Shown here: in pieces, positions 52,536 through 63,626 of the stretch
Layout of the letters: the number at the start of each line of letters is the position of its first letter
Numbering within the stretch: the first letter of the stretch is position 1
Notes under the pieces: model-generated
Told to the model about the DNA's origin: nothing
What the model saw: only the letters and a program-made list of their open reading frames with translations
The model's database searches: none
NCBI GenBank assembly: GCA_963820825.1
Contig: CAWGBN010000001.1
Span: 1-64,000 of the forward strand
Source: Vulcanimicrobiota bacterium
GTDB lineage: Bacteria > Vulcanimicrobiota > Vulcanimicrobiia > Vulcanimicrobiales > Vulcanimicrobiaceae
Reading direction: 5' to 3'
DNA: 64,000 nt
Made by a program: the position numbers and the translations under genes

Positions 52536-53204
52536 TTATTGCCGCGCGTGTTCCGCGGCGATCGCGGAGGCAATCTTCTCGGCGACCGCGGCGAAGCTTT
52601 GGAGCGCATCGACCTCGGTAAGAATGCCGGCCTTGCGATAGTATTCGACGAGCGGACGCGTCTGGCGATCGTAGACGTCTAGGCGTTTCGCAACCGTCTC
52701 GGGACGATCGTCTTCACGCTGCACGAGCTCACCGCCATCCTCGTCATCGATTCCGGCAACCTTCGGCGGGTTCGTCAACGCGTTGTAGGTTCGCCCGGTG
52801 CGCGGATTCGTCCAACGCGCCGCAAGCCGAGCCACGAGCGCGGAGCGTTTTCCATCGAAGAGCACCGCCGCGTTGAGCGGCGTCCCGCGACGCGCAAGCA
52901 GCGCGTCGAGTGCCTCGGCCTGCGCCACGGTTCGCGGGAACCCATCCATGATGAAGCCGTCGGGGGTCCGTTCGAGCTCGTGCTCGATCATCTCGATCAC
53001 GAGCTGGTCGGGAACGAGCTGCCCGCGCTGCATGTATCCTTCGGCCTCTTTGCCGAGCCCGGTCCCGCGCGCGAGGTTCTCACGCAGAATGTCGCCGGTT
53101 GAGATCTGCTTTAAGCCGAAACGATCGTGGAGCAGCCGCGCCTGGGTGCCCTTACCCGCACCCGGCGGTCCCAAAAAGACCACACGCATGCCGCGCTTCC
53201 TCAC
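52536..53204 (-). CDS. adk: adenylate kinase
   Basis: GPPGAGKGTQ, STGDILR, DGFPRT, QREDD. Confidence 0.97.
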   Translation of the reverse strand: MRKRGMRVVFLGPPGAGKGTQARLLHDRFGLKQISTGDILRENLARGTGLGKEAEGYMQRGQLVPDQLVIEMIEHELERTPDGFIMDGFPRTVAQAEALDALLARRGTPLNAAVLFDGKRSALVARLAARWTNPRTGRTYNALTNPPKVAGIDDEDGGELVQREDDRPETVAKRLDVYDRQTRPLVEYYRKAGILTEVDALQSFAAVAEKIASAIAAEHARQ

Positions 53205-54521
53205 CTACCGCTTGATGAAGCCGCGATAATCGCGCATAGCGAGCCGCGCCTCGATCTGCGTGATCGTGTCGAGCGCCACACCGACAACGATGAGCAGCGA
53301 CGTCGAGCCGAGGTAGAAGGTCGTCACCGAGAGACCGCGCTGGAGCGCGCCGGGCAAGACCGCGAGAAGGCCGAGATAGATCGCCGCGGCGGTCGTAATC
53401 CGCATCAGGATCTTGTTGAGATAATCGACCGTCGGCTGGCCCGGCCGAATTCCCGGTATAAAGGCGCCGGTCTTCTTCAAATTGTCGGCGACGTCTCGGG
53501 TGTTGAGCACGATCGAGCTGTAGAAGAACGTGAAGACGACGACGAGCAAAAAGTAGACGATGTTGTAGAGCAGACCGTTGGGACTGAACCAGACGTTGAG
53601 CCAGGCCGAGACGTTTGCGAGCACGTGCTGGATGCCGCCGGCGTTCGCGGCGGCGGCCTGGCCGCGCCCGAACCACGAAAGCGCCTGCTGCGGCAATAAG
53701 AGAATCGAAATCGCAAAGATGATCGAGATTACGCCCGCGTTGTTGAGCCGAAGCGGAATGTAGGTCGAGCGCCCTGCGAACATCTTGCGACCGACGACGC
53801 GCCGCGCTTGCTGAACCGGCACGCGCCGCTGTCCCTGATACAGGAAGACGATGGAAACAATTACGACGATCGCGATCGCGACGTAGAGGACCAGGTTAAG
53901 AATCGATTCTGCGCCCTGGCTGGTCGAGGCATACGTCTGCTTGACGTACTGGGGATAGCGCAGCACGATACCGATGAAGATGATCAGCGAGACGCCGTTT
54001 CCGATTCCCTTATCGCTGATCTGCTCGCCGAGCCACATGAGGAAGAGCGTCCCACCGACCATCGCGACGATCGCGTAGAGCAGATACCAGGTGCTCGTAT
54101 CGTAGAAGACGCCGGAGCGCTCCATCGAGATCGCCATGAAGGTGCCCTGAACCGCCGCTAGGACGATCGTCAGCCAGCGCGTGTACTGACTGATCTTTTT
54201 CCGGCCCTCCTCGCCGCCTTTCTTGGCCATCTCTTCGAGCTGCGGGAGCACCACCGTCATCAGCTGCATGATGATCGAAGCGTTGATGTAGGGCGTGATG
54301 CCCATGGCGATGATCGAGAGCTTCTGAAGGGCGCCGCCGGAGAGGAAGCCCAGCAAATTATAAAAGGCGCCGCTCTGCAGCACTCGCTGCCAGGCCGCTT
54401 CGTTCACGTTGGGAAGCTGCACGTGGATCATGAAGACGAACCACGCGAAGGCGAAGAGTACGAAGAGAATGCGCTGGCGGATCTCGGGGACGAGCACCGC
54501 CGCCCGCAGGTTGTCGAACAC
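53205..54521 (-). CDS. secY: preprotein translocase SecY
   Basis: GITPYINASII, WLGEQISDKGIGNGVS, FIPGIRPG; GTG start overlapping the rplO stop. Confidence 0.97.
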   Translation of the reverse strand: MFDNLRAAVLVPEIRQRILFVLFAFAWFVFMIHVQLPNVNEAAWQRVLQSGAFYNLLGFLSGGALQKLSIIAMGITPYINASIIMQLMTVVLPQLEEMAKKGGEEGRKKISQYTRWLTIVLAAVQGTFMAISMERSGVFYDTSTWYLLYAIVAMVGGTLFLMWLGEQISDKGIGNGVSLIIFIGIVLRYPQYVKQTYASTSQGAESILNLVLYVAIAIVVIVSIVFLYQGQRRVPVQQARRVVGRKMFAGRSTYIPLRLNNAGVISIIFAISILLLPQQALSWFGRGQAAAANAGGIQHVLANVSAWLNVWFSPNGLLYNIVYFLLVVVFTFFYSSIVLNTRDVADNLKKTGAFIPGIRPGQPTVDYLNKILMRITTAAAIYLGLLAVLPGALQRGLSVTTFYLGSTSLLIVVGVALDTITQIEARLAMRDYRGFIKR

Positions 54522-55027
54522 TAGAGTCCTTCGCTCGGGGTGAGATCGGCGATGGTGGCGCCGGCGGCAACGAGCGCGTCGCGCGCGCTCTTGGAGAAGA
54601 GTACGTCGCGCAGCCGCAGACCGGCCGGCAGCGCCGTCCCGGCACCGGCGCCGAGGATCTTGATGCCGTCGCGCTCCGATTTGACCAGACCGCGCTCGCA
54701 GAGCGATTCCGGAGTGATCTCCACCGCCGGATCCCACTGCGCCAAGCGATTCAAGCTCACGACTGCGAGCCGGGAGCCGAAGTGGCCCCGGTCGCGCGCT
54801 TTCTGCGAGTAGCCGCGGCGATGCGGAAGGCGACGCGCCCAAGCGGTCTGCCCACCTTCGAAGGCCGGGCCCTTACCGCCGCCGGAACGCACGGTCTGTC
54901 CCTTGCCGCCTTCGCCGCCGGTCTTCACCATGCCTGAGCCGTGGCCGCGGCCGATGCGTTGCCGCTTCGGACGGCTTCCGGGCGCGGGTTTGAGCGCTCC
55001 CAGTTTCAGGATCGTCTTCTCTGCCAT
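54521..55027 (-). CDS. rplO: 50S ribosomal protein L15
   Basis: RIGRGHGSG, KGQTVRSGG, FEGGQ. Confidence 0.96.
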   Translation of the reverse strand: MAEKTILKLGALKPAPGSRPKRQRIGRGHGSGMVKTGGEGGKGQTVRSGGGKGPAFEGGQTAWARRLPHRRGYSQKARDRGHFGSRLAVVSLNRLAQWDPAVEITPESLCERGLVKSERDGIKILGAGAGTALPAGLRLRDVLFSKSARDALVAAGATIADLTPSEGL

Positions 55028-55031
55028 TGTT

Positions 55032-55541
55032 TTATGCCACGTAAATTTCTTTGACGGTCTTGCCGCGCATCGCCGCGACCTGCTCGGCCGTTCGGAGCGA
55101 TTTCAGCGCGGAAACGGTTGCCATGACCACGTTGATCGGGTTGTTGGTGCCCAGACACTTCGTCAGAATGTCGTGAATGCCGGCGAGCTCGAGAACGGCG
55201 CGCATCGAACCGCCCGCGATGACGCCCGTGCCGGGCGCTGCCGGTTTGAGCAGCACGGTTGCGGCGCCGACCTCGTGGCGCACTTCGTGCGGAATCGTCT
55301 TCTCGACCATCGCCACCGTAATCATGCTCTTACGCGCCTGTTCGACGGCTTTGCGAATCGCTTCGGGGACTTCGGCGGCCTTACCGATTGCAAAGCCGAC
55401 CTTGCCCTTGCGATCGCCGACGACCACGAGCGCGCTGAAGCTGAAGCGCTTTCCGCCTTTGACGACCTTGGCGACGCGGTTGACGCGGACGACCGTCTCA
55501 TCAAGCCCGCTGCCGTCGCGTTCGCGTCCACGATACTGCAT
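55032..55541 (-). CDS. rpsE: 30S ribosomal protein S5
   Basis: [23 protein letters not shown]. Confidence 0.97.
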   Translation of the reverse strand: MQYRGRERDGSGLDETVVRVNRVAKVVKGGKRFSFSALVVVGDRKGKVGFAIGKAAEVPEAIRKAVEQARKSMITVAMVEKTIPHEVRHEVGAATVLLKPAAPGTGVIAGGSMRAVLELAGIHDILTKCLGTNNPINVVMATVSALKSLRTAEQVAAMRGKTVKEIYVA

Positions 55542-55900
55542 CAGAAATTCAACCCCGCTTCACGAGCCGCGTCGGCGAGTGCCCGCACGCGCCCGTGATA
55601 CTTGTAACCGCCGCGATCGAAGACCACGTCGGAGATGCCCGCCGCCTTCGCTTTGGCTGCGAGTGCGCTCCCCACGGCCTTTGCGGCGTCTACGTTGGTT
55701 TTCGAGGCGAGCTCGCCGGCGAGCGACGCATCGCGAGTCGATGCCGATGCCAGCGTGTGGCCGCGCGCGTCGTCGACGAGCATCGCATAGAGATGATGGA
55801 GCGACCGCCGCACGCAGAGCCGCGGACGCTCTTGCGTTCCCGACAGCTTTTTGCGTAGGCGTACGTGACGCTCGCGACGCGCGTGCGCTTTGCTCGTCAC
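55541..55900 (-). CDS. rplR: 50S ribosomal protein L18
   Basis: [21 protein letters not shown]. Confidence 0.97.
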   Translation of the reverse strand: MTSKAHARRERHVRLRKKLSGTQERPRLCVRRSLHHLYAMLVDDARGHTLASASTRDASLAGELASKTNVDAAKAVGSALAAKAKAAGISDVVFDRGGYKYHGRVRALADAAREAGLNF

Positions 55901-56448
55901 TTCTTCGCCGCCTTTCCAGCCTTACCGAGCTTCTTGCGGATCCGTTCGCCCTCGTAGCGGATGCCTTTGCCCTTATAGGGCTCGGGCTTGCGCAGGCGGC
56001 GGATGTCGGCGGCAACCTGGCCGACGACTTGTTTGTCGATGCCCTCGACGTGGATCTTGTTCTGCCCCTCGACGCTCAGTGCGACGCCGTTGGGCGGCTC
56101 GAAGGTGACCGGATGCGAATAGCCCAGGCTCAAATTCAAGCGCTCGCCCGACTTGGCGACGCGGTAACCGACGCCGCTGATCTCGAGGCTCTTGCGAAAG
56201 CCTTTGCTGACGCCTTCGACCATATTGGCGATGAGCGTACGGGTCAATCCGTGCGCGCTGCGATGCGCCTTCGCATCGCCTTTCCGCTCGACGACAACCT
56301 TGCCGTCATTCAGCGTGACGTCGACGACGTCGGAGAGAATGTGCTGGCGCAATTGACCCTTCGGACCGGTTACCGACACGGTACCGGCCTCAACCTTGAC
56401 CTCAACGCCCGTCGGAACCGCGACGGGAAGCTTTCCTATCCGCGACAT
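55897..56448 (-). CDS. rplF: 50S ribosomal protein L6
   Basis: [24 protein letters not shown]. Confidence 0.97.
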   Translation of the reverse strand: MSRIGKLPVAVPTGVEVKVEAGTVSVTGPKGQLRQHILSDVVDVTLNDGKVVVERKGDAKAHRSAHGLTRTLIANMVEGVSKGFRKSLEISGVGYRVAKSGERLNLSLGYSHPVTFEPPNGVALSVEGQNKIHVEGIDKQVVGQVAADIRRLRKPEPYKGKGIRYEGERIRKKLGKAGKAAKK

Positions 56449-56451
56449 GAC

Positions 56452-56850
56452 TCACCACACATATGCGAGGACCTCTCCTCCGACGCCCTGTTTCTTCGCT
56501 CGCTTGCCGGACATGATCCCTTGGGGCGTCGAGATGATCACCAGCCCGAGACCGCCGAGCACGCGTGGGATCTCGGTCTTGCGCGTGTAGACGCGCAGCC
56601 CGGGGCGCGAGATGCGGCGCAGGCCTGTGATGATCTTCTCCTTCTCCGGCCCATAGCGAAGAGCGATGCGGATCGTGCCCTGCGGCCCGCCGTCGATTCG
56701 CTCGAAACTTTCGATGAACCCCTCGTCCCGCAAGATCTGCGCGATCGCCGCCTTGACGCGCGAAGCCGGCACGTCGACCGTTCTGTGGTTCGCCGTGTTC
56801 GCGTTGCGAATGCGCGTCAGCATGTCGGCAATCGGATCGGTTACGGACAT
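56452..56850 (-). CDS. rpsH: 30S ribosomal protein S8
   Basis: [30 protein letters not shown]. Confidence 0.97.
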   Translation of the reverse strand: MSVTDPIADMLTRIRNANTANHRTVDVPASRVKAAIAQILRDEGFIESFERIDGGPQGTIRIALRYGPEKEKIITGLRRISRPGLRVYTRKTEIPRVLGGLGLVIISTPQGIMSGKRAKKQGVGGEVLAYVW

Positions 56851-56863
56851 TTGACTCTCTCCC

Positions 56864-57049
56864 TCACCACGACGCCTTGGTCACGCCGGGAACGACGCCG
56901 GCGTGCGCGTTTTCGCGGAAACAGATGCGGCACATCGCGAACTTACGGAGATATCCGCGGGGCCGTCCGCAGACGCGGCAACGGTTGTGGCGGCGTACGC
57001 CAAACTTCGGGTCGCGCCGCGACTTGATGATCAGACTCGTCTTTGCCAC
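56864..57049 (-). CDS. rpsN: 30S ribosomal protein S14 (short zinc type)
   Basis: [26 protein letters not shown]. Confidence 0.97.
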   Translation of the reverse strand: MAKTSLIIKSRRDPKFGVRRHNRCRVCGRPRGYLRKFAMCRICFRENAHAGVVPGVTKASW

Positions 57050-57600
57050 TAGCCACGCCCTTTCTGCAACGGAAGGCCCATCGCGACGAGAAACTCCGAA
57101 GCCTCTTCGTCGGTCTTCGCGGTGGTCACGATCGTGACGTCCATGCCGCGCGCCTTGTCGACCTTGTCGAAGTTGATCTCCGGAAAGACGAGCTGCTCTT
57201 TGAGGCCCAAGTTGTAGTTGCCCCGCCCGTCGAACGATTTCGGGGGAAGCCCGCGAAAGTCGCGGATACGCGGCAGCACCACGTTGAAGAGCTTGTCGAC
57301 GAAGACGTACATCCGGTCGCCGCGCAGCGTCACCTTCGCGCCGAGGTTCGTTCCCTCGCGAAGCTTGAAAGCCGCAATCGACTTCTTCGCTTTGGTTACG
57401 ATGGGACGCTGCCCCGTAATCGCGGTCAGGTCGCTCACCGCGGCGTCGAGCGCTTTAGGATTGACGATGGCCTCTCCAACGCTGACGTTCACGACGACCT
57501 TCTCCAGCTTCGGGATTTGGTTGACGTTCTTATAACCGAAGCGCTCTTGCAGCTTCGGGCGAACTTGCTTCTCGTACATTTCTCGTAGCCGCTCGGCCAT
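57049..57600 (-). CDS. rplE: 50S ribosomal protein L5
   Basis: [25 protein letters not shown]. Confidence 0.97.
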   Translation of the reverse strand: MAERLREMYEKQVRPKLQERFGYKNVNQIPKLEKVVVNVSVGEAIVNPKALDAAVSDLTAITGQRPIVTKAKKSIAAFKLREGTNLGAKVTLRGDRMYVFVDKLFNVVLPRIRDFRGLPPKSFDGRGNYNLGLKEQLVFPEINFDKVDKARGMDVTIVTTAKTDEEASEFLVAMGLPLQKGRG

Positions 57601-57609
57601 GAATGCTCC

Positions 57610-57963
57610 CTATGCCTCCTTTGCCGAGTCGCGCGCGGGCTCACCGCAACGAGCGCAGATGCGATGCACCACGCCGTCGGCCGTTCGTCCGCGGCGCAGC
57701 CGCGTCGGCGTCTTGCACTTCTCGCAGACGTATTGCAGCGCGGAGAGCGGCAGCGCCGACTCCTTCTCGATGATCCCACCGGTCTGGGTCGCGCCGCCCA
57801 TGTTGCTCGACTTCGTGCCCTGTTTCGTATGACGTTTGACGATGTTGACGCCCTCGACCGTTGCGGTCCGAGCGCCCTGGATCGCCTTGACGGTGCCGCG
57901 CTTCCCGCGCTCCTTGCCGCGACGGACCACGACCGTATCGCCCTTGAGTATCGTTGCCTTCAT
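57610..57963 (-). CDS. rplX: 50S ribosomal protein L24
   Basis: [18 protein letters not shown] motif, [10 protein letters not shown]. Confidence 0.96.
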   Translation of the reverse strand: MKATILKGDTVVVRRGKERGKRGTVKAIQGARTATVEGVNIVKRHTKQGTKSSNMGGATQTGGIIEKESALPLSALQYVCEKCKTPTRLRRGRTADGVVHRICARCGEPARDSAKEA

Positions 57964-57969
57964 TCTCTC

Positions 57970-58347
57970 TTATAAGACCTCGGGCGCGAGCGAAGCGATC
58001 TTGAGGAAGCCGCGTTCGCGCAGTTCGCGCATCACGGGCCCGAAGACGCGCGTCCCGCGCGGGTCGAGGTTATCCTTTTCACCTTTGATAATTACGCACG
58101 CGTTGTCGTCGCAACGCACGACCGATCCGTCGACGCGCCGAATCGGCGCGCTCGTCCGGACGACCACCGCCTTGACGACCTGTCCCTTCTTGACGGCAGC
58201 CCCCGGAATCGCACTCTTGACCGTTCCGACGACGATGTCGCCGACGTGCGCGTAGACGTGCCGTCCGCCGCCGCTGACATGGATTACCAGAAGCTCGCGC
58301 GCGCCGCTGTTGTCGGCGACCTTGAGCCGAGTCTCTTGCTGGATCAC
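57970..58347 (-). CDS. rplN: 50S ribosomal protein L14
   Basis: [33 protein letters not shown] start at 58347. Confidence 0.97.
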   Translation of the reverse strand: MIQQETRLKVADNSGARELLVIHVSGGGRHVYAHVGDIVVGTVKSAIPGAAVKKGQVVKAVVVRTSAPIRRVDGSVVRCDDNACVIIKGEKDNLDPRGTRVFGPVMRELRERGFLKIASLAPEVL

Positions 58348-58640
58348 TTCGCGCGCTCCACGATCTCGAGCAACCGCCAGCGCTTCTCGCGCGAGAGCGG
58401 CCGGCACTCTACGATCCGAACGACGTCTCCCACATTTGCCTCGTTGCGCTCGTCGTGAGCCTTGAAACGGGTCGATTTGCGGACGATCTTTCCGTACGCC
58501 GAGTGCGGAACGCGCGTCTCTGAGACGACGACGATCGTCTTCGCCATTTTGTTCGACGCTACTCGCCCTTGCTTCACGCGGCGCGTGCCTCGGACCAGTC
58601 TCTGCTCCTCAGGCGTGTCGTTACGCTGCTCCATGTTCAC
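58344..58640 (-). CDS. rpsQ: 30S ribosomal protein S17
   Basis: [28 protein letters not shown]. Confidence 0.97.
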   Translation of the reverse strand: MNMEQRNDTPEEQRLVRGTRRVKQGRVASNKMAKTIVVVSETRVPHSAYGKIVRKSTRFKAHDERNEANVGDVVRIVECRPLSREKRWRLLEIVERAK

Positions 58641-58839
58641 CCTCGGCGAGACGCTTCTCGCAGATGACGGTTTGAATCTGAGCGTAGGAGCGGCGCATCG
58701 CCCGGATCTTGCTGAAGTCGGTCAGATGGCCCGTACGCAACGCGAAGCGCAAATTGAAGAGCTCCGCCTTGGCGTCGCGTGCCTTCTGTTGCAGCTCCTT
58801 GATCGTGAGGTCGCGGAGTCCCTCGAGCTCCTTCTTCAC
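58621..58839 (-). CDS. rpmC: 50S ribosomal protein L29
   Basis: LRDLT..ELFNLRF..TG; canonical position. Confidence 0.95.
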   Translation of the reverse strand: MKKELEGLRDLTIKELQQKARDAKAELFNLRFALRTGHLTDFSKIRAMRRSYAQIQTVICEKRLAEGEHGAA

Positions 58840-59253
58840 CTACGTATCCTCCCGCGCGACGATCTTCGTACCGATCGGCAGCTTTGCAGCCGCGCGGCGC
58901 AGCGCCTCACGGGCGACCGACGGCGCGACTCCGGAGAGTTCGAAGAGCACGCGGCCCGGGCGAACCACGGCAACCCACAACTCGGGATTGCCTTTACCCG
59001 AACCCATGCGAACCTCGGCCGGCTTCTTCGTCACCGGCTTATCGGGAAAGACTTTGATCCAGACCTTGCCGCCGCGCTTGATGTAGCGCGTCATCGCGAT
59101 ACGGGCTGCTTCGATCTGCCGATTGGACATCCAGCACGGCTCCATCGCTTGCAGGCCGTAGTCGCCGAAGCTCAAGGCGTTACCGCGCAACGCCATGCCG
59201 GTCATTCGACCGCGCTGGACTTTGCGCCATTTTACGCGTTTGGGTGTCAACAT
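58840..59253 (-). CDS. rplP: 50S ribosomal protein L16
   Basis: [21 protein letters not shown]. Confidence 0.97.
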   Translation of the reverse strand: MLTPKRVKWRKVQRGRMTGMALRGNALSFGDYGLQAMEPCWMSNRQIEAARIAMTRYIKRGGKVWIKVFPDKPVTKKPAEVRMGSGKGNPELWVAVVRPGRVLFELSGVAPSVAREALRRAAAKLPIGTKIVAREDT

Positions 59254-59254
59254 C

Positions 59255-60229
59255 TTATTCGGTTACCTCGCTAACGGGAGCGGCCTCCGGCGAGGTCACG
59301 ACCGGCGCAGGTTCGACGACCGCTACGGGCTCGACGACCGCTACGGGTTCGACGACCGCTACGGGTTCGACGACCGCTACGGGTTCAACGACCGGCGCGA
59401 GCTCGGCAACCGGTACGGGTTCGCTAACCGGCGCAGGTTCGCTAACCGGAGCGGCCTCCACGACCGGATCTGAAACCGGCGCTGCGGCCGGTGGCGCGGC
59501 CGGCTGCGGTCGCTGATCGCGCCCGCGCCCCCTGCCGCCGCGATCGCGACGGTCGCGCCCGCGATCCATGCGATCCCGCAGCGCTCCATCGCCGCGCGGT
59601 TGATCCGGCAAGACTTCGCCGCGATAGATCCAGACCTTCACGCCGATGCGGCCGAAGGTTGTAAACGCTTCCACCTGCGCGTAGTCGATGTCGGCGCGAA
59701 GCGTATGGAGCGGAACTTTACCGTCGGCATTGTGCTCGGTTCGCGCGATTTCGGCGCCGCCGAGCCGCCCGGAGACCTGCACCTTGATCCCGCGAGCTCC
59801 GGCTCGCATCGTGCGCATGATCGCCTGCTTCATGGCGCGTCTGAACGCGATCCGCTTCTCGAGCTGATCGACGATGTTCTGAGCGACCAATCGCGCGTCG
59901 AGCTCGGGATGCGAAATCTCCATGACGTTGACGGCGATGGTCTTGCCGGTGAGCTGCTCGAGGTTCTTGCGAATGTCGTCGATGCCGACGCCGCGCTTGC
60001 CGATGATGATGCCCGGTTTTGCGGTGTTGACGATGACGCGCGCCTGATTCGCCCGTCGCTCGATCTCGATCTTACTGATCGAAGCCGAGCGCATCCAGCG
60101 ATTGAACGACTTGCGAATGGCGACGTCTTCGTGCAGCCAGTCGACGTAGTGCTTTTTCTCGAACCAACGGCTATCCCAGGTCCGGGTGATGCCCAAGCGC
60201 ATTCCGACCGGGTGAATTTTTTGACCCAT
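59255..60229 (-). CDS. rpsC: 30S ribosomal protein S3 with repetitive C-terminal tail
   Basis: [40 protein letters not shown]. Confidence 0.97.
   Translation of the reverse strand: MGQKIHPVGMRLGITRTWDSRWFEKKHYVDWLHEDVAIRKSFNRWMRSASISKIEIERRANQARVIVNTAKPGIIIGKRGVGIDDIRKNLEQLTGKTIAVNVMEISHPELDARLVAQNIVDQLEKRIAFRRAMKQAIMRTMRAGARGIKVQVSGRLGGAEIARTEHNADGKVPLHTLRADIDYAQVEAFTTFGRIGVKVWIYRGEVLPDQPRGDGALRDRMDRGRDRRDRGGRGRGRDQRPQPAAPPAAAPVSDPVVEAAPVSEPAPVSEPVPVAELAPVVEPVAVVEPVAVVEPVAVVEPVAVVEPAPVVTSPEAAPVSEVTE
59294..59480. repeat. 18-bp coding tandem repeat in rpsC
   Basis: (T/C)TCGACGACCGCTACGGG x4 at 59312..59383 plus degenerate units encoding VVEPVA/VSEPAP. Confidence 0.9.
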
Positions 60230-60765
60230 TATGCTTCCTTGCTCTGCGCGACCGGCTCGGCCGAAGCAGGTTTCTCGGCGGCGCGTTTACGCGCGCTCGT
60301 CTTTTTGCGGCGCGTCTTCGCCGCGGGCGCTTCCGCGGCGGCCGACCGCCGCGTCGCGCGCGCGGCCTGCACCGATGCACCGGCGAGCTTCTTGCGCGGC
60401 TTCTGCGGCGCCGACTCGGTGACGACGACGGTGACGTGCGAGAGGCGCTTGCGCTTGAATGCCGCCCGGCCTTGGGCGCGCGGATCGAGGCGTTTCGTGA
60501 ATCGTCCGCCGGGACCGCCGTCGACGGTGATGCGAGCGATATAGAGCTCGTCGGAGTTCATGTCGTGATTGTTGCCGGCGTTGGCGACCGCACTGCGAAC
60601 GAGCTTCTCGATCGGCTCGGCTGCAAAGACCTCGGCGAACTTCAGCAATGCAAGCGCCTCGCGCACGCTCTTGCCGCGAATTGCATTGGCCACCCGGCGC
60701 AGCTTGCGCGGAGCGGTTCGGACGAAGCGCAGATGCGCGACGGCCTGCGGGGCGCGCTCGGTCAC
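60229..60765 (-). CDS. rplV: 50S ribosomal protein L22 with K/A/R-rich tail
   Basis: [34 protein letters not shown]. Confidence 0.96.
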   Translation of the reverse strand: MTERAPQAVAHLRFVRTAPRKLRRVANAIRGKSVREALALLKFAEVFAAEPIEKLVRSAVANAGNNHDMNSDELYIARITVDGGPGGRFTKRLDPRAQGRAAFKRKRLSHVTVVVTESAPQKPRKKLAGASVQAARATRRSAAAEAPAAKTRRKKTSARKRAAEKPASAEPVAQSKEA

Positions 60766-61040
60766 GTCTTCACCGTGGCCTTTTCGCCACCGTGACCGCG
60801 GAAGTACCGCGTCGGCGCGAACTCACCGAGCTTGTGCCCGACCATGTTCTCGGTGATGTAGATCGGAATGTGGGTCTTGCCGTTGTGCACGCCGATCGTG
60901 TGGCCGACCATCGACGGCAGCACGGTCGAGGCACGGCTCCACGTTTTGATCACGCGACGCTCGCGCGTCTCGTTGAGCCGCTCGATCTTCTGCACCAGAT
61001 GCTCGGCGACGAACGGACCCTTCTTTAGCGAACGCGACAT
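60762..61040 (-). CDS. rpsS: 30S ribosomal protein S19
   Basis: [22 protein letters not shown]. Confidence 0.97.
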   Translation of the reverse strand: MSRSLKKGPFVAEHLVQKIERLNETRERRVIKTWSRASTVLPSMVGHTIGVHNGKTHIPIYITENMVGHKLGEFAPTRYFRGHGGEKATVKT

Positions 61041-61867
61041 TATTTCGAACCTCGGCGGCGGACGATCATCTTCGAGGTACGCTTGTTGCGGCGCGTCTTT
61101 TTACCCATCGTCATCTGTCCCCACGGCGTCGTGGGCGGCCGGCCCGACGTCGAGCGCGCCTCGCCGCCGCCGTGCGGGTGATCAACCGGATTCATCGCGA
61201 TACCGCGAACGCTCGGGCGTTTCCCGAGGTGGCGCGAGCGACCGGCTTTGCCGATGACTTGATTCTCGTGTTCGATGTTTCCGAGCTGACCGATCGTCGC
61301 GCGGCACTCGATGTGAATCCTACGAACTTCGCCCGAGGGCATGCGGACTTGCGAATACTCGTTCTCCTTGGCCATGAGCTGCGCGGAGACGCCCGCGGAC
61401 CGGACGAGCTTGCCGCCCTGGCCGGGACGCAACTCGACGTTGTGAATCACCGTTCCGACCGGGATGTTGCGAATCGGAAGCGCGTTGCCGATCTTGATGT
61501 CGGCGTTCGGTCCCGATTCGAGGAGCTCGCCGACGCGCAATCCCAGCGGCGCCAGGATATAGCGCTTCTCGCCGTCGCGATAGTTGAGCAGCGCGATGCG
61601 GCACGAACGATTCGGATCGTACTCGATCGTTGCGACCTTGGCGGGAATTCCGTCTTTCGAGCGCTTGAAGTCGATGATGCGATAGAGACGGCGCGTGCCG
61701 CCGCCGCGATGGCGTACGGTTATGTGCCCGTTGTTATTGCGCCCCGCGTGCTTCTTGCGCACCTCGACCAGCGAACGCTCCGGCGCGACCTTCGAAAGAT
61801 CCGAAAAGTCGAGCGTCGTGAGAAAACGCTTTCCGGGGGATGTCGGTCTATACTTTTTTACCGGCAC
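61040..61867 (-). CDS. rplB: 50S ribosomal protein L2
   Basis: [20 protein letters not shown]. Confidence 0.98.
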   Translation of the reverse strand: MPVKKYRPTSPGKRFLTTLDFSDLSKVAPERSLVEVRKKHAGRNNNGHITVRHRGGGTRRLYRIIDFKRSKDGIPAKVATIEYDPNRSCRIALLNYRDGEKRYILAPLGLRVGELLESGPNADIKIGNALPIRNIPVGTVIHNVELRPGQGGKLVRSAGVSAQLMAKENEYSQVRMPSGEVRRIHIECRATIGQLGNIEHENQVIGKAGRSRHLGKRPSVRGIAMNPVDHPHGGGEARSTSGRPPTTPWGQMTMGKKTRRNKRTSKMIVRRRGSK

Positions 61868-61891
61868 GCTTGCCCTCTCGCCAGAATACGA

Positions 61892-62200
61892 TCATTGCTC
61901 AAAGTAGTTGACTCCGCCCAGCTCGATTTTCTGACCGGCCTTGATCTTGACGATCGCCTTCTTGTAATCGCTCTGCCGCCCGCTCATGCGCTTCCCGCGC
62001 CGGGCAAAGTTCCGCGCCTTGCCGCGCACGTTTACCGTGTTCACCCGGAGCACGTTCACTTTGAAGATCTCTTCGATCGCGTGGCGAATCTGCGTCTTCG
62101 TCGCTTCCGGGTGCACGACGAACGTATACTGCTGGGCGAGGGCGTCGGCCATCGCTTTCTCGGTGATTCGCGGCGCTACGATTACGTCACGCGCGTCCAT
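61892..62200 (-). CDS. rplW: 50S ribosomal protein L23
   Basis: PRITEKA, ATKTQI, YKKAIV; start at ATG 62200. Confidence 0.96.
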   Translation of the reverse strand: MDARDVIVAPRITEKAMADALAQQYTFVVHPEATKTQIRHAIEEIFKVNVLRVNTVNVRGKARNFARRGKRMSGRQSDYKKAIVKIKAGQKIELGGVNYFEQ

Positions 62201-62858
62201 CTTCGCTCCTCTCGCCGGCACCCAAGGTTTGCATCAGCGCCTCGTATGCCGCGACGGTAAAGACGAGACGCTCGAAGCGCAGTACGTCCTTGATGTCGAC
62301 GGCGCCGTCGCTGGTCACGCCGACGCGCTGAAGATTGCGGCTCACGCGCTCGATCTCGCTCGCGTGCGGCTCCTCGTGGCTGCAGACGATCAGCGTCGCC
62401 GGCCCGGTGCGGGCGGCCTTCGCGCTGCCGAAAAGCATCTTTGCAAATGGGCCCGTCTTGGCGATCGCAAAATCGCCCGCGTCGAGCAAGGTGACCGCGT
62501 CGTTCTCGAAACGATCGGCGAGCGCCGCCAGAAAGGCGACGCGGCGTTCCTTCTTATTGAGGCTTTCGACGTAGCTGCGCGGCTGCGGGCCAAAGACGAC
62601 CCCGCCGTGGCGCCACTGGGGCGAGCGGATCGAACCTTGGCGAGCGCGCCCGGTGCCTTTTTGACGCCAGGGCTTGCGGCCGCCCCCGGCAACCTCGTCG
62701 CGCTTGCGCGTCGAGGCCGTCCCCGCGCGCGGATTCGCGAACTCGCGATGGACCGCGCGATAGATCACGTCTTCCTTTTCGCCGCTCTTTCCGGCGAAGA
62801 GCGCGGGCGTCTCAACCTGCCGCACGACCTTACCGGTCGCGTCGATAACGCTTGGCAT
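62187..62858 (-). CDS. rplD: 50S ribosomal protein L4
   Basis: GGGRKPWRQKGTGRARQGS, GGVVFGPQPR. Confidence 0.97.
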   Translation of the reverse strand: MPSVIDATGKVVRQVETPALFAGKSGEKEDVIYRAVHREFANPRAGTASTRKRDEVAGGGRKPWRQKGTGRARQGSIRSPQWRHGGVVFGPQPRSYVESLNKKERRVAFLAALADRFENDAVTLLDAGDFAIAKTGPFAKMLFGSAKAARTGPATLIVCSHEEPHASEIERVSRNLQRVGVTSDGAVDIKDVLRFERLVFTVAAYEALMQTLGAGERSEDGRA

Positions 62859-63494
62859 CTACGCTTTTGCCTTTCGCGGCTTGATGCTCTCGCTCACGAT
62901 CACCAGCGCGTTCTTCGCACCCGGAACGGCGCCGCGCACGAGCAGCAGATTACGCTCGCCGTCCGCGCGCACGACTTCCAAATTCTGTAACGTCGTGCGG
63001 TCGACGCCGTAGTGGCCGGGGCGCCGGCTGCCTTTGGTCGTGCGTCCGGCGTTGGTATCGCCGTTCGAGGCGGGCTGACGATGGATCATCGATCCGTGGC
63101 TCGCACCGCCGCCGCGGAAGTTATGGCGCTTGATGCCGCCCGCGAAACCGTGCCCCTTCGAGACGCCGACGACGTCGACGCGATCGCCCGGTTCGAAGGC
63201 ACTGACCGTGACGCTCTCGCCGACTTGCTCCTCGCCGAAACCCGAGCGGAACTCGCGCACGAAACGCGCCGGTTCGACGCCGGCCTTTTTGAAGTGCCCG
63301 GCGAGGGCGCGGGTTAAGCGGTTGCGCTTCACCGGCTCGAAACCCAAGGCGACGGCCTCGTAGCCGTGCTTCTCCTTCGTCCGGCGTTCCACGACCGTAC
63401 ACGGACCAGCCGCAATCACCGTGACGGGCACAGAGCGCCCGTCGGCGGTGAAGACGCTCGTCATCCCGACTTTACGGCCCAGGATGTTCTTCAT
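62859..63494 (-). CDS. rplC: 50S ribosomal protein L3
   Basis: [28 protein letters not shown]. Confidence 0.97.
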   Translation of the reverse strand: MKNILGRKVGMTSVFTADGRSVPVTVIAAGPCTVVERRTKEKHGYEAVALGFEPVKRNRLTRALAGHFKKAGVEPARFVREFRSGFGEEQVGESVTVSAFEPGDRVDVVGVSKGHGFAGGIKRHNFRGGGASHGSMIHRQPASNGDTNAGRTTKGSRRPGHYGVDRTTLQNLEVVRADGERNLLLVRGAVPGAKNALVIVSESIKPRKAKA

Positions 63495-63563
63495 ATCGCT
63501 CTCTCGGTGGGGTGTGATATCAACGGATCCAGGCGTATTGCTCGCATGAACCGCAACCCCGGG

Positions 63564-63592
63564 AGTTTACCAGGACGGCTCAACGAGGTCAA
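63564..63592 (-). promoter_or_regulatory. sigma70-type promoter of the rplC-led operon
   Basis: TTGACC-N17-TAAACT with extended TG, about 70 nt upstream of rplC. Confidence 0.7.
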
Positions 63593-63626
63593 GGCTCGCA
63601 TTGCCGCGAGAACAAAAGCCCGCTGC

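Noticed and set aside
59294..59480. CRISPR-like repeat array
   Set aside because: Units are contiguous 18-mers without spacers, in frame inside rpsC, and no cas genes are present.
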